Part shown: one piece after another, positions 1-9,834 of the stretch
Layout: every line of letters begins with the position of its first letter
Numbering within the stretch: position 1 is the first letter of the stretch
Source of the DNA: a virus
Taxonomy: Duplodnaviria; Caudoviricetes
DNA length: 58,253 bases
Strand: one strand, 5' to 3'
IMG/VR virus record: IMGVR_UViG_3300022723_000216
Location: 1-58,253 of that record
Notes under the pieces: model-generated
Told to the model about the DNA's origin: nothing
Database searches by the model: none
The model's input: only the letters and a program-made list of their open reading frames with translations
Position numbers and translations under genes: made by a program

Positions 1-143
1 CCTCGCAGGTTGGCGACTTGCAGGTCGGCGCCTCGCAGGTCGGCGCCTTGTTCCACAGCCAATTCCAACCCGAGCTTGAGCGAATCAGCCTCGCACTCGA
101 ACAGGATATTTGCGGTCCATCGGTTTGTGATTTGGATTGTCAT
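1..143 (-). CDS. Pentapeptide-repeat protein, 5' part (continues at the other end of the window)
   Basis: ATG at 143 after an AAAGGAG RBS; reads [47 protein letters not shown] and runs off the end in A(D/N)LxG repeats. Confidence 0.85.
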   Translation of the reverse strand, partial: MTIQITNRWTANILFECEADSLKLGLELAVEQGADLRGADLQVANLR

Positions 144-174
144 GTGGGCTCCTTTGTGTGACTCAACTCGCGGC

Positions 175-540
175 TCACTCGAATTCGAGCGGACCGGTCT
201 CGATCAGCTCCAGCGTGCCCGGTTCCGGCGCCGGGCGATTCTCAGACGTCGCGCACATGCAGCGGCGATACCAGCCGGGGCCGATCTGGTTTAGCGTCGC
301 TTCGACGTCGCAGCGGCACGTCTCGCAGCGACACACCTGCGGGCCCTTGTCGTTGAGACGCGCTTCGGCGATGGCCAGCTTCTGGCGCGTCTGCAGCAGC
401 TCCACGACAAGCTGCTGGCCCGTAAAGCGCTCGCCGTCGAATTCGATCGTAACGCGATCGGCTGGGGGACGCGGCCGCTCGCAGCCGATGGCAACGGCGA
501 ACACGAGGCCCACAACCGTCAGCATCGCTGGGCTTTTCAT
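175..540 (-). CDS. Hypothetical exported/lipoprotein-like protein
   Basis: 121 aa; hydrophobic N-terminus ending AIGC (lipobox-like); Cys cluster; good operon context. Confidence 0.6.
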   Translation of the reverse strand: MKSPAMLTVVGLVFAVAIGCERPRPPADRVTIEFDGERFTGQQLVVELLQTRQKLAIAEARLNDKGPQVCRCETCRCDVEATLNQIGPGWYRRCMCATSENRPAPEPGTLELIETGPLEFE

Positions 541-552
541 GGCACCCCTCCG

Positions 553-591
553 AAAGAAAAAACGGCCGCCCCTTGGGCTCAGGCGGGCGGC
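553..591 (-). terminator. Probable intrinsic terminator
   Basis: Minus strand GCCGCCC...GGGCGGC hairpin followed by CGTTTTTTCTTT. Confidence 0.55.
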
Positions 592-609
592 ATGACCTGG
601 TCGCCGCGG

Positions 610-1410
610 CTAGTTCAGGCAGGCCGCGGCGAGCTGGTTGGCAGCCACCTCCGACGCGATGACGTTAGTAGCTTCCTCGATGTCGACGTTCACCTCGCCC
701 ACGTCGGCCGTCACGTCGCCCACGACGTCGACCGTGGCCCCCTCGATCTCGACGTCGCCGATGCCGCCCAGGATCGAGTCGAGCACGTCGTTGACGGCGT
801 CCTGCACGTTGCCGGAGACGCTCGATAGCTCGATCCCGATCGAGCCGATCGCCACGTGGATGTCGCCGATCGTGATCCGCACGCCGGCGTCCACCTCGTC
901 ATCCGGCTCCGGTGCCGGCGGCGTGACGTCGACCACCGACACCTCGGCCGACCCGAACGTCTGCTCGGCCGGATCGAGCAACGTCGACGGCCGGGCGATC
1001 AGTGCGCCGGTGGGCACCACCGACAAGAGCGAGCTTTCCACCGGCGCGATGGCCTCCAAGGTCACCGTGGCCACCTCTTCGACGACGTCGTCGCCGACGG
1101 GGCGACCTTTCTGGATCTCGGCGAACGCCGCGCCTTCGATCGTGACCAGGCCGGGCTCGCTGGTGTCGATGGCCTGTCGCAGCGGCAGATGGTCCGTAAT
1201 GCGGGCGTCCGCCACGCGGAACACCTGCGGGTCGTACTTGAGGCCCAGGGCGATGCTGCCCAGGCCGAACAAGGTGTCGTCTTCGTCGTCGACCGTCAGC
1301 GTGGCGTCGACGGTGTCGCCCACTTCGAGCGGCCCGAGCAGGTCGTCGCCCAGGTCGAGTCCGAACGCAGCCGGCGGGCAGCGGTCGTTTAACGCTTCGA
1401 TTCTTCGCAT
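610..1410 (-). CDS. Acidic cohesin-like domain protein with Planctomycete-type N-terminal motif
   Basis: LGSIALGLKYDPQVF...GLVTIEG...VATVTLEA resembles cohesin beta-sandwiches; N-terminus RRIEALNDRCPPA resembles the LxxExLExRxLLA motif. Confidence 0.6.
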   Translation of the reverse strand: MRRIEALNDRCPPAAFGLDLGDDLLGPLEVGDTVDATLTVDDEDDTLFGLGSIALGLKYDPQVFRVADARITDHLPLRQAIDTSEPGLVTIEGAAFAEIQKGRPVGDDVVEEVATVTLEAIAPVESSLLSVVPTGALIARPSTLLDPAEQTFGSAEVSVVDVTPPAPEPDDEVDAGVRITIGDIHVAIGSIGIELSSVSGNVQDAVNDVLDSILGGIGDVEIEGATVDVVGDVTADVGEVNVDIEEATNVIASEVAANQLAAACLN

Positions 1411-1619
1411 CTCACTCCCTTTCGCTTCTATGGGGTCAGTCCGTTGCCGTGCAGCAACCTCACCACTTTGCGGCAGGTGACGCCGTCAGGTCATTCTTTG
1501 CGGGCAGCTACTTCCGGCAGGATGAAAACCTCCACAAAGACCACACTCGTTCAACAGCATCACCCCCTTTCATGGCATGGTCACCGTCGCCGCCAGAGCT
1601 GCCATCGAAAGCGTGATGA

Positions 1620-2999
1620 TCATGCTTCGTCCCACAAGTTGCGTTCGTCGGCGTGCCAGGCCCGCGGCCGAAACGTGACGATCTGTTCGAACCAACACAG
1701 CTCGACAACGCCCGTGCGGCCGTTGCGGTTCTTCTCGATGTACAGCTCCGCCTGCCCCTTGAGCTTCTGTTTCTCCTCGGTCGTCGGGGCGTAGTAGTCC
1801 GCCCGGTGCACGAACGCCACCACGTCGGCGTCCTGCTCGATCGAGCCGCTTTCGCGCAGGTGCGATAGCCGCGGCCGGTTGTCGCGCGTGGTCTCCGTCT
1901 GGCGGTTGAGCTGCGCCAGGCACAACACCGGCACCGCCAGCTCCCGGGCCAGACCCTTGAGCCTCCGCGAGACGCGCGACACCTGCTGTTCGCGCGAGTC
2001 GCGCGTGTTTTCGGGTGCGATCAATTGCAGGTAATCGATCACCACCAGGCCCAGGCCGCCGCGGCGTTTCTCGCGCCGGCAGACGGCGGCGATGTCACGC
2101 ATCGACATCTCGTGGCTGTCGTCGATCACCAGCTTCGCGCGGCTGATTTCGTTGGACGCTCGCACCAGCGCCTCGCGCTCGGCCTGGCCCATGAGGCCGT
2201 TGCGAATGCGGTAGCTGTCCACCTCGGCCTGGGAACACAGCATCCGCTCGCCGATCGCCAGCGCATTCTGTTCGAGAGAAAAGAAGCACACCGGCGCGGT
2301 GCTCGCGACGTTGGCGGCGATGTTCAAGGCCAACGCCGTCTTGCCCATGCTGGGGCGGGCGGCCAGGATCGTGAGCTCCGAGGGCACCAGCGGCGCCAGC
2401 GCGTCCAGGTCGTCGAAGCCGGTGGCCACGCCCCCGCGCTTGCCGCTCATGCGGGCGTCGATTTCCGCCATGGCGTCGCCGAGCACCTCGAGCACGGTGG
2501 TGGCCCGACTCCGCAGCGTGCCGCGTTGGTCGCGGATCTCGAGCACCAGCGACTCGCAGCGGTCGAGCACTTCGGTGGCGTCGTCGTCGCCGAGCGCTGC
2601 CCGCACGATATCTGTGCCGGCGTAGAGGCAGGCGCGCTTGATCGCCTCGTCGCGTACGAGTTTGGCGTAGAAGGACGCGTTGGCGGCCGTGGGCACCGCT
2701 TCGAACGCCGCGGCCAGCAGCGACGCGTCGACCTGGTGGCCCGCCTTCTTGGCATACGCCAGGAACAGCTTGAGGTCGATGCGTTTTCCTTCGGTGAGCA
2801 TCGCCAACAGCAGCGCGTACACGGCCCGGTAGCGGTCGTCGTAGAAGTCGCGGGCTTCGAGCACGAGCGACACGTCGTCCAGCACCTCGGGACGCAGGAA
2901 CACGCTGCCGATCACGGCCTGTTCGGCATCCACGTCCGAGGGCGGCGGGGCGTCCAGCAGTTCGCCGGTGCGGGTTTGGGTTTGGGTGCGGGCCATCAT
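1620..2999 (-). CDS. dnaB: Replicative DNA helicase
   Basis: AARPSMGKT Walker A, VIDYLQL, LAQLNR, LRESGSIEQDAD, KNRNG; ATGA overlap with the upstream gene. Confidence 0.97.
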   Translation of the reverse strand: MMARTQTQTRTGELLDAPPPSDVDAEQAVIGSVFLRPEVLDDVSLVLEARDFYDDRYRAVYALLLAMLTEGKRIDLKLFLAYAKKAGHQVDASLLAAAFEAVPTAANASFYAKLVRDEAIKRACLYAGTDIVRAALGDDDATEVLDRCESLVLEIRDQRGTLRSRATTVLEVLGDAMAEIDARMSGKRGGVATGFDDLDALAPLVPSELTILAARPSMGKTALALNIAANVASTAPVCFFSLEQNALAIGERMLCSQAEVDSYRIRNGLMGQAEREALVRASNEISRAKLVIDDSHEMSMRDIAAVCRREKRRGGLGLVVIDYLQLIAPENTRDSREQQVSRVSRRLKGLARELAVPVLCLAQLNRQTETTRDNRPRLSHLRESGSIEQDADVVAFVHRADYYAPTTEEKQKLKGQAELYIEKNRNGRTGVVELCWFEQIVTFRPRAWHADERNLWDEA

Positions 3000-3865
3000 G
3001 GCTCGGCCTGTGTGGGTTCGGGGATCGACGCGAGCAAGCCGTTCAGGTTCAGCGGGGGCTGGCACTCGGCGGCGCAGCGCTTGAGCACGCCGTGGAAATA
3101 CGCGTGGCGCGGTTTCTGGGGCGGGTCGTCGCGGGCGTAGGCGGCGCGCACCGCCTCCAGCGCATCCCAGACCAGGTGTTCGCTGGCCACCTGCACCAAC
3201 ACGGCCGCCTTGTACTCGAGCGAGCGATCCGGGGCGGTGGCCGGTGTGCCCAGCACGCCGGCGATCTTTCGTTGGTCTGCCGTCCGTTTGGAAACATTAA
3301 GGGCGTCAACGACAGACGTCTGACGTCTCTTAGAAGTAGAAGAAGAAGAAGAAAGAGACGTAGACGTCTGACGTCTAGCAAACCGCGTGCCAGGTTCGGT
3401 GGCGCGTGACAAAGGCGTGACATCGTCGGTTGGCGGATCCTTGGAGCGCCGCCGCTTTTGCCGTAACCTATTTCCCACGCGAGCCTTGTAGGGAGCGTGC
3501 ATGCGCCGGTTGACCACCGTGACAACCGTGGTACTTGTGAGTGACGTCGCCGTGACGCGGCGCGACAACGCGCGCGTTGTGGGGCGCGTTTCGGAGCGTC
3601 CTTCGAGCGTGATATCGGCCGCGCCGGTGCGCGCGAGGTCTTCAATGGCGGCCTTCATTTCGGCTTCGCTGCAGCGGGCCATGCGCGACAGTTCGGCCGG
3701 CGTGCCGGTCAGAAACCCGCTTTCGTCGGACTCGTGCATGGCGCAGAGCAGGTCCGCCCAAATGCCACGCGTGGCGGGGCAGCAGCGGCTGAGCGCCGGA
3801 TCCTTAAGCCAGTCGCCGGTGTACAAGTAGAGCCCCGGCTGTTTCTTGTCGTCATCGTCGGCCAT
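2996..3865 (-). CDS. Phage replication initiator (replisome organiser-like)
   Basis: N-terminal LYTGDWLKD...RGIWADLLC motif; Ser-rich linker; directly upstream of dnaB. Confidence 0.8.
   Translation of the reverse strand: MADDDDKKQPGLYLYTGDWLKDPALSRCCPATRGIWADLLCAMHESDESGFLTGTPAELSRMARCSEAEMKAAIEDLARTGAADITLEGRSETRPTTRALSRRVTATSLTSTTVVTVVNRRMHAPYKARVGNRLRQKRRRSKDPPTDDVTPLSRATEPGTRFARRQTSTSLSSSSSTSKRRQTSVVDALNVSKRTADQRKIAGVLGTPATAPDRSLEYKAAVLVQVASEHLVWDALEAVRAAYARDDPPQKPRHAYFHGVLKRCAAECQPPLNLNGLLASIPEPTQAEP
3314..3570. promoter_or_regulatory. Candidate replication origin (iterons inside the initiator gene)
   Basis: AGACGTCTGACGTCT twice (3314, 3362) flanking an AG-rich tract; repeated GTGAC motifs at about 11-bp spacing over 3404-3570. 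Confidence 0.5.
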
Positions 3866-3875
3866 AAATGCCCTC

Positions 3876-4103
3876 CTATTTGGCTCCCATCTCCTTCAGG
3901 TCCGAATCGCAGACCTCCGGCGTCCACCACAGGCGCTCCTCGTCGATCGTGGCCGTCAGGCGGGCCACCTCGGCCCACGTGACGCGCCGCCATTTCTTCT
4001 TGTGCTTGCCGCGGATCGCCAGGCCATCCGGGTCGATCCGCACGACCATCCGGCCGAAGCGGCGCACCAGCGGCTTGCGTAGCGTGGTGATGCTGCTAGG
4101 CAT
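3876..4103 (-). CDS. Hypothetical protein
   Basis: 75 aa MPSSITTLRK...; overlaps the upstream stop. Confidence 0.6.
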   Translation of the reverse strand: MPSSITTLRKPLVRRFGRMVVRIDPDGLAIRGKHKKKWRRVTWAEVARLTATIDEERLWWTPEVCDSDLKEMGAK

Positions 4104-4320
4104 CGGTGCCCTCCTGACACTGTTCCAGCACGGCGATCTGTCGATCGAGGTACCAACGCGCCTTCTTAAGGTCCTCGAGCGGGGCTCCCTTGTACGGCGC
4201 GCGGAGGATGTACTTGACGACGTTGCCCAGGTGGAACCCGAGCCCAAAGCCTTCGATGAGGTCAATGACTTCCATCGGTCCCTGGTTGTAGTGCGGCGGG
4301 TGGTCGACGCGCTCTGCCAT
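4096..4320 (-). CDS. DUF3310 family protein
   Basis: VDHPPHY...EVID...GNVVKY..RA..KG...EDLKKARWYL signature. Confidence 0.9.
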   Translation of the reverse strand: MAERVDHPPHYNQGPMEVIDLIEGFGLGFHLGNVVKYILRAPYKGAPLEDLKKARWYLDRQIAVLEQCQEGTDA

Positions 4321-4328
4321 GATCGCTC

Positions 4329-5054
4329 CTAGGGGCCCACGCGGCCGTTGTCGACAAACGCACGGTAGGTCAGCGGCCAACCCTCGGCCAAGAACCTCTC
4401 CGCCACGCGGGCGGCCGACTCGATCTCTGCCTGTGGGTAGCTCACAAAGGCGGCCTTCGGATCGTGGGTACGTAGCGACAAGAACGCCATCAGCGATCGC
4501 GGATTGCAGGTCACCCAGCACGACGAATAGATCGCGACGGGCAGGCAGGCGCGGGCGACCTCCTTGGCGTAGCCGGCGTCCAGCAGGTGCTGGTACGTCG
4601 TGTATGCGAAGGCGTATGCTTCCCTGAGGCGAGCGCGTAGCTCGCCCCATTGCGCGTCGGTGCCAGCCTGGAACCTGGGCCTGGCCGAGGTGTGCTCGGG
4701 CGCGGGCACGATCTTCCGACCGGCAGGCGGCACCCAGAACACCGGCTTGAGCTGCTTATAGCGGGCGGATTCTTCGTTGTAGCTGAACCCGATCCGATGG
4801 CGATGCCACTCCCGCCACACGAAGATCGGGGCATGCACAAAGAACGTCATCGCCGAGTGCTCGAACGGCGTGCCGTGCCGGTGCTTCATCAGAAAGTTGA
4901 TGAGGCCGGCGTTGGCGTCTGCGTTCACCCGCTCGGCGTACCCAGCCGCTTCCTGGCCGCTGGTGCTGACCTTAGCGGCCGCCACCACCATGTGGTCACC
5001 GCCCATGGTCTGGATCTTCTCGACGGTGATTTTGTCCGTGACTTCGATTTGCAT
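4329..5054 (-). CDS. thyX: FAD-dependent thymidylate synthase
   Basis: HGTPFEH; RHRIGFSYNEESARY ThyX motif. Confidence 0.97.
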   Translation of the reverse strand: MQIEVTDKITVEKIQTMGGDHMVVAAAKVSTSGQEAAGYAERVNADANAGLINFLMKHRHGTPFEHSAMTFFVHAPIFVWREWHRHRIGFSYNEESARYKQLKPVFWVPPAGRKIVPAPEHTSARPRFQAGTDAQWGELRARLREAYAFAYTTYQHLLDAGYAKEVARACLPVAIYSSCWVTCNPRSLMAFLSLRTHDPKAAFVSYPQAEIESAARVAERFLAEGWPLTYRAFVDNGRVGP

Positions 5055-5072
5055 AGTGTTGTCCTTTTTCGT

Positions 5073-5306
5073 CTACCACAGGTCCCTTTGAACCACTGCC
5101 TCCCAGCGCCGCGCAGGCGTCGCCAGTCGCCACCGCTTCCGGTCTTTGCACCTGCCCGCCTGTTCCACGATGCCGGCCCGCTCGAGGCGTTTCCTGGCCC
5201 CACGCACGGTGCTGGGCGGCACGTCGCGCAGGGCCCGCTCAAGCACCGCGTCGGGGGCGGCGTCCAACGCTCGCAGCAGCCACAGAATGCGGGTGGCGGT
5301 GGTCAT
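5073..5306 (-). CDS. Small HTH-like protein
   Basis: 77 aa with STVRGARKRLERAGIV (winged-helix-like); paralogous segment at 57374-57505. Confidence 0.55.
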   Translation of the reverse strand: MTTATRILWLLRALDAAPDAVLERALRDVPPSTVRGARKRLERAGIVEQAGRCKDRKRWRLATPARRWEAVVQRDLW

Positions 5307-5500
5307 TTCTTAAACAGCATCCTTTCCCGGCGTTCCACCTTGAATCCATACACCAAGTCGCACCGAACCTTTGCCACCGCCTGAGCCATGTCGAGCGCGT
5401 GCTTTCCATCGGCGTGTCGGTACTCGTCCTCTCTGCGCACGAGCCAGCGTGCAAACTTTGTGCGGTCCTCGTCGGTGATGGTTTCGGGCTGCTTACTCAT
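5303..5500 (-). CDS. Hypothetical protein
   Basis: 65 aa; coupled start/stop overlap. Confidence 0.55.
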   Translation of the reverse strand: MSKQPETITDEDRTKFARWLVRREDEYRHADGKHALDMAQAVAKVRCDLVYGFKVERRERMLFKK

Positions 5501-5508
5501 GGCTCATG

Positions 5509-5751
5509 TCAAACAGCAAACTTGCGCTTGCGAATCGCCAGCGCCGCAATGTCCCTCTGGTAGTCAAACAACCCCGGCCATGGATCGTACTTGGCGGTGC
5601 GCGCCGTGCGCTTGCCGATGCCGATGCGGCTGGCGTATTCATCAGGGAACTCGGCCACGCGTCCGCGAATGCGATAGGTCGGCAGTTGCTTGACCTTGAG
5701 AAACCGCTGATAGTCCTGCGTGCTTGCAGGATCACAGACTGCGACCGCCAT
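5509..5751 (-). pseudogene. N-terminal stub of an SF2/SNF2-like phage helicase
   Basis: Ends LFDYQRDIAALAIRKRKFAV* (Q-motif-like) just before where GxGKT would be expected. Confidence 0.55.
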
Positions 5752-5857
5752 GCCTGCACCCCCATCCCGTTTGGCACGCCCTTGCCCTCATCCATGACGC
5801 CACTCCCGTGCCGAGCGTCGAGTTCACCCAGTGGCTCTATGTGCTGGTCGCCTGGCA

Positions 5858-7339
5858 TCATGCGTCGAAGACCTCCGCCCGCAGCGGGCCACTCGCGCCG
5901 GCCGACTTGTCGCTCTCGGCGGTGACGGCCAGGATCCCCACGCGCTTGCAGTGCTCGGCGATGCGCTTGCGGCCCTGCCAGTCCAGGCCTTCCCAGAAAG
6001 CCTGGGGCAGCGCGAGCATGCCGCCGGTGCCGACGTGGCTGGCGAAGATCGTGACAGCGATTTCGCTCCGCTCGCCGTCGGAGAGGTCCCAGAACGATTC
6101 GTTGCCGCGTTCGCTCTTGACCATCAACCGGCCGCGTTCGGCGAACAGGCTGCCGCCCAGCTTGGCCACGAGGCTACTGAGTACCTCGTCGGTGCCGGCC
6201 GCTTCCTCGCGCAACACCTCGGCGTCCGAGCGGCATTGGCGCTCCTGCGCCAGCCAGTCCTCGGCCTTCTCCCGGTTGGCAAGCGCATCGCGGATCTTCG
6301 CGCCGTGCAGCTCGGCCTCTCGGGTGGCCTGGACCGCAGCCCGGGCGTCTGCGAGCTCTTGGTCGGACACCGGTTCCACGTTCTCGGCCGCGGCCACCAC
6401 CTCGCGAAACCGGGCCAGCGACTGTTCGTGCGAGCGGGCGGTCGTCAGCACCTTCTCCGCCGAGGCGATGGCGCTCTCGGTCATGGCTAGACCTGAGCGG
6501 GCCTCCGCCAGCTCCCGCTCAATCTGAGCGATGCCGGCCATCTGTTCGTTGGCCTGGCCCCGCAGCGTGTCGAGAGCCTGTTGCGCCTGCCCGACTGTGG
6601 ACAGCGGACCGGCGTCGTTCTCGGCCGCCTCGAGCGCGCGGCGGGCATCCTGGGCTTCGCCGATCTTGCGGCGGGCGTTCTCGGCCCGTTCGGTCAGCCC
6701 GGCCAGGTTGGACACGGCCCGGTCGCGGGCGCTGGCCAATGCCGTGGCGTTGTGCTCGCCGCCCGTGTCGATGCCCTCACACGCCGCCAGGTGGCCCTGG
6801 GCTTTGCCCTGGGCTACGTCGGCCCGCCCTTCGGCGTCACGGGCCTGGCGCTGTAAGGCGCGTTCCACGGCGGCCGCCAGGGCCACGATATCGCCCGCCC
6901 CGGTGGTGATGCCCAGTGCGGCGAACGCCTGCTCGCCGCCGACCAGGTCCCAGAACAGCCTCTCGTCGCCCGAGCCGGCCAATTGGACAGCCGTCTTGAT
7001 GGCGTGGGCATCCTTGGCCGCCCGGTCCTTGTAGGGCGGGTTGATCAGGTCGGCCAGCGTGTAGCGGCCGGTGAGCACTTCGAAATCGAGCTCGCCGGTG
7101 CGGCGGGAACTCTTGCCCACCCGCAGCAGTACGTCGTTGACGCGTACCTCGGCCCGTTCGGCGCCGTCGGCCACCGGCGGCTTGCCGCGGCCGGTGGTGG
7201 CCGCTTCGATGGCGTCGAGCAGGATCGACTTGCCGGTACCCATGGGACCGTGCAGCACGACCACGCCGGCGTCCGGCGCTTCGAACTTAAACTGGCTGAT
7301 CGGCCCCACGTCGCGGGCCTCGATCGTCTTGGTGGTCAC
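5858..7339 (-). CDS. SMC/SbcC-like ABC ATPase with coiled coil
   Basis: GPMGTGKS Walker A, long helical centre, LSDGER signature-like motif. Confidence 0.8.
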   Translation of the reverse strand: MTTKTIEARDVGPISQFKFEAPDAGVVVLHGPMGTGKSILLDAIEAATTGRGKPPVADGAERAEVRVNDVLLRVGKSSRRTGELDFEVLTGRYTLADLINPPYKDRAAKDAHAIKTAVQLAGSGDERLFWDLVGGEQAFAALGITTGAGDIVALAAAVERALQRQARDAEGRADVAQGKAQGHLAACEGIDTGGEHNATALASARDRAVSNLAGLTERAENARRKIGEAQDARRALEAAENDAGPLSTVGQAQQALDTLRGQANEQMAGIAQIERELAEARSGLAMTESAIASAEKVLTTARSHEQSLARFREVVAAAENVEPVSDQELADARAAVQATREAELHGAKIRDALANREKAEDWLAQERQCRSDAEVLREEAAGTDEVLSSLVAKLGGSLFAERGRLMVKSERGNESFWDLSDGERSEIAVTIFASHVGTGGMLALPQAFWEGLDWQGRKRIAEHCKRVGILAVTAESDKSAGASGPLRAEVFDA

Positions 7340-7548
7340 GTCGTGTCCTCCGGTGAAAGTAAGCTCCTAATGGTGTCCAACGCGTCGTTCGTGGGCCCGA
7401 CGGCGCCCTCCACCTCGAGCACCCAGCCGAGCGCCATCGCCATGTTGGCCAGCACCTCGTAGGACTCGAGGTCGTTGTCGCGCAGAGCGCACGCCGCACC
7501 CGTCCCCAGCGTGTCGTAGGCTGCCAGAATGTCCGTTTCCGACTTCAT
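7336..7548 (-). CDS. Hypothetical protein
   Basis: 70 aa; start/stop overlaps on both sides. Confidence 0.6.
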   Translation of the reverse strand: MKSETDILAAYDTLGTGAACALRDNDLESYEVLANMAMALGWVLEVEGAVGPTNDALDTIRSLLSPEDTT

Positions 7549-8606
7549 CTGGGGCGGATCTCCTTGAGCCGCTTGTCGCACATGAAGTCGATCGCGTCGT
7601 GGACCTGGTCCGGTGCGTCAGCTTCGGTTGCCGTGCGCTTGCGGTTGGCGCGGGTATCGTTGACCGTCTCTGCCGTGCGGGCGTTGTCCAGCGTGGCGTC
7701 GACGTCCGTCAGGAAGTCCTGCCATTCGGCCGGCAGCGGCGACTCCTGGTTGTCGTCGGCGTCGGCGCTGGCATCCCCCGGCGCGTCGCCGACCTGCTCG
7801 TCCTGCAGCTTGCGGGTGAGCTCGTCCATGTTGCTGGTCGCGCTTCCCGAGGCACTGGCGGCCGACGCGGCGGTGGTCACATCCTCGACGTCGCCGTCGG
7901 TAAGCTCCGAGCCGGTGACGCGGGCGTAGATCGCCGCCAGGATCTTGCGCGTGGCTTTGCCCACGATGGCGTCGGCGCCCATGCCGGAGTTGACGCGAAT
8001 GGGGATCCGCTCGTCGGGCCCGTTCTCGCGCTTCAGGCGCTCGATCGAGTGGACGTGCCCGTCGATCTTCCAGGTGGCGACGAACGACACGACGGCGGCT
8101 TTCCCGCCGTCGTATAGCGTCGGCACGCCCGGCATCAGCTTGAGGTCCGTGAGGCCCGGCAGTTCCCGCACGCGGCGCTGGAAAAACTCCTTCGTCATGT
8201 ACGCCCGGTCAGAGATGATGTTGAACTCGTTGCCCACCGGCCGTGCGCCGCGTAGCGTGGCCTCGATCAGGCAGTCGCGCACTGTGGCCACCGAATAACC
8301 GCCCTTCTTCTGCTCTTCAGCGCTGCCAGGCGCGCGGTCCGTGCGGAACCCCAGAGCCGAGTCTTTGAGCTGCATGATGTCCTTCATGATCTCGTCGGTG
8401 AGCCACTGTCGCAGCAATCCCATGCCGCGGGCGAGGGTCAGCGCCGTCGTGAAGTTCGCCGCGCCCGGCATGATCGATAGGCTGCATTCGTCGACGATCT
8501 GTTCGATCTTCTGCAGCTCGCCCTGGAGCTGGGAGCTGAGCGCGGTATGCACCGGCGCCGGGGTGGTCGCGATGGTGTGCGGGTCGGGTTTCGTCTCGGG
8601 TGCCAT
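7545..8606 (-). CDS. Putative single-strand annealing protein (RecT-like)
   Basis: Follows the YqaJ exonuclease; LRGARPVGNEFNII core and acidic disordered tail; function inferred mainly from position. Confidence 0.55.
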   Translation of the reverse strand: MAPETKPDPHTIATTPAPVHTALSSQLQGELQKIEQIVDECSLSIMPGAANFTTALTLARGMGLLRQWLTDEIMKDIMQLKDSALGFRTDRAPGSAEEQKKGGYSVATVRDCLIEATLRGARPVGNEFNIISDRAYMTKEFFQRRVRELPGLTDLKLMPGVPTLYDGGKAAVVSFVATWKIDGHVHSIERLKRENGPDERIPIRVNSGMGADAIVGKATRKILAAIYARVTGSELTDGDVEDVTTAASAASASGSATSNMDELTRKLQDEQVGDAPGDASADADDNQESPLPAEWQDFLTDVDATLDNARTAETVNDTRANRKRTATEADAPDQVHDAIDFMCDKRLKEIRPR

Positions 8607-8620
8607 TAAGGGGCCTCCTT

Positions 8621-9520
8621 TCAAGTGCTGCGGAGCACGCGGAACGTCGATTCCGCCACAACATGCTCGCGCCGGGTCTGGGTCTTCAGGCTCAGGCGGC
8701 TGCCGTCCGGTAGGTCGCCGAACGTGTAGTCGCCGATGGCCGCGCGCAGGCGGTTCTCGTTGAGCTCCTTGAGCACCTTGAGCGCCGCGATCTTCTCCTT
8801 CGCAAACTCCAGCTCGCGTTGCCACTCAGCGGCTTCGGCCGGCAGCGTGATCGACTGTCCGTTGTCGTTGGGGTGCATCTTGGCTAACACGCGCCTGGTC
8901 GCGTCCGAAGCGTCGACCTGCGGTGGGATGCGCTTCTCGACGTGTTCCCAGAAGCGTTCCAGGTGGGGCATGGCGGCATCGATAAAGTCGTCGTCGCGCT
9001 CGATGTCGCGGCACTCGAGCCGCTGGCCGCCGATCAGGCACGCCAGGGATCCCCACGTCAGACCGCTGACAAACAGCTCGGCCGCCACCTGGATCTCGTA
9101 CATCAGGGGCGTTTGCCCGTCCTTCCATTCCTTGAGGTTGTAAGCGTGCGTCGTCTTGATTTGCAGATCGCCGGGCGGCGTCGTGATCCCGCCCTTCCAC
9201 TGCAGTGCGTCGAGCGTCGACCGCAGGAACGGGTAGTCGGGGTGGACGTGCATCGTGCGCGTCACCGGCACCTCGACCGTGCGGCCTAGACGCTCGCCGA
9301 ACTTGTAGGCGATGGGCGCTTCGAGGGTCAGGCCCCAGTCGACGGCCTCTTTCTCGCGGGCCAGGTCTTCGTCCGGAAGCATCCCGCACTTCTCGGCCCA
9401 TAGCGCATAGGGCGTCTTAAACGGGCTCTCGCCCAGCACGACCGGGATGTCCGAGGCGCCCAGGCCGCCCTTGCGGGCGGCCAGCCATTCTGAGCGCGTG
9501 TTGAAGGTCAGAATGGGCAT
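8621..9520 (-). CDS. YqaJ/lambda-type viral recombinase exonuclease
   Basis: WLAARKGGLGASD...SPFKTPYALWAEK...G..LE...STLDAL...QIKT. Confidence 0.92.
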   Translation of the reverse strand: MPILTFNTRSEWLAARKGGLGASDIPVVLGESPFKTPYALWAEKCGMLPDEDLAREKEAVDWGLTLEAPIAYKFGERLGRTVEVPVTRTMHVHPDYPFLRSTLDALQWKGGITTPPGDLQIKTTHAYNLKEWKDGQTPLMYEIQVAAELFVSGLTWGSLACLIGGQRLECRDIERDDDFIDAAMPHLERFWEHVEKRIPPQVDASDATRRVLAKMHPNDNGQSITLPAEAAEWQRELEFAKEKIAALKVLKELNENRLRAAIGDYTFGDLPDGSRLSLKTQTRREHVVAESTFRVLRST

Positions 9521-9834
9521 CAGTCGGCCTTCTTCTCGATGCAGAGCGGCGCGATCGTCGTGTCGGGGCCGCTGCTCTGCGGGACCTGGGCTTCCAGCCG
9601 CCCGCTGCCCACCAGCTGCTTCAGCCGCCACAGCAGGCGCACGTCGTCGTTGTCGAGTCGCGGGTCGTGGCACGACACCGTCTCCGGCGCGGCACTCGTC
9701 CTTGGCTGGGATCGCGACCGCGAGCGCTGCCAGCGCTTCGCCTGCGCCACCCACGCCGCGGCGTCCGCAGCCTGGTCCGTCCCTACGTCCTCGGCTATCA
9801 CCTCTTCATGCTGCTGGAACCCTTCTTGCGTCAT
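9520..9834 (-). CDS. Hypothetical protein
   Basis: 104 aa; coupled overlaps. Confidence 0.55.
   Translation of the reverse strand: MTQEGFQQHEEVIAEDVGTDQAADAAAWVAQAKRWQRSRSRSQPRTSAAPETVSCHDPRLDNDDVRLLWRLKQLVGSGRLEAQVPQSSGPDTTIAPLCIEKKAD

Noticed and set aside
5759-5799. Dispersed repeat pair as a DGR template/variable repeat
   Set aside because: No reverse transcriptase in the window, and the 41-bp copies are identical with no adenine-specific differences.
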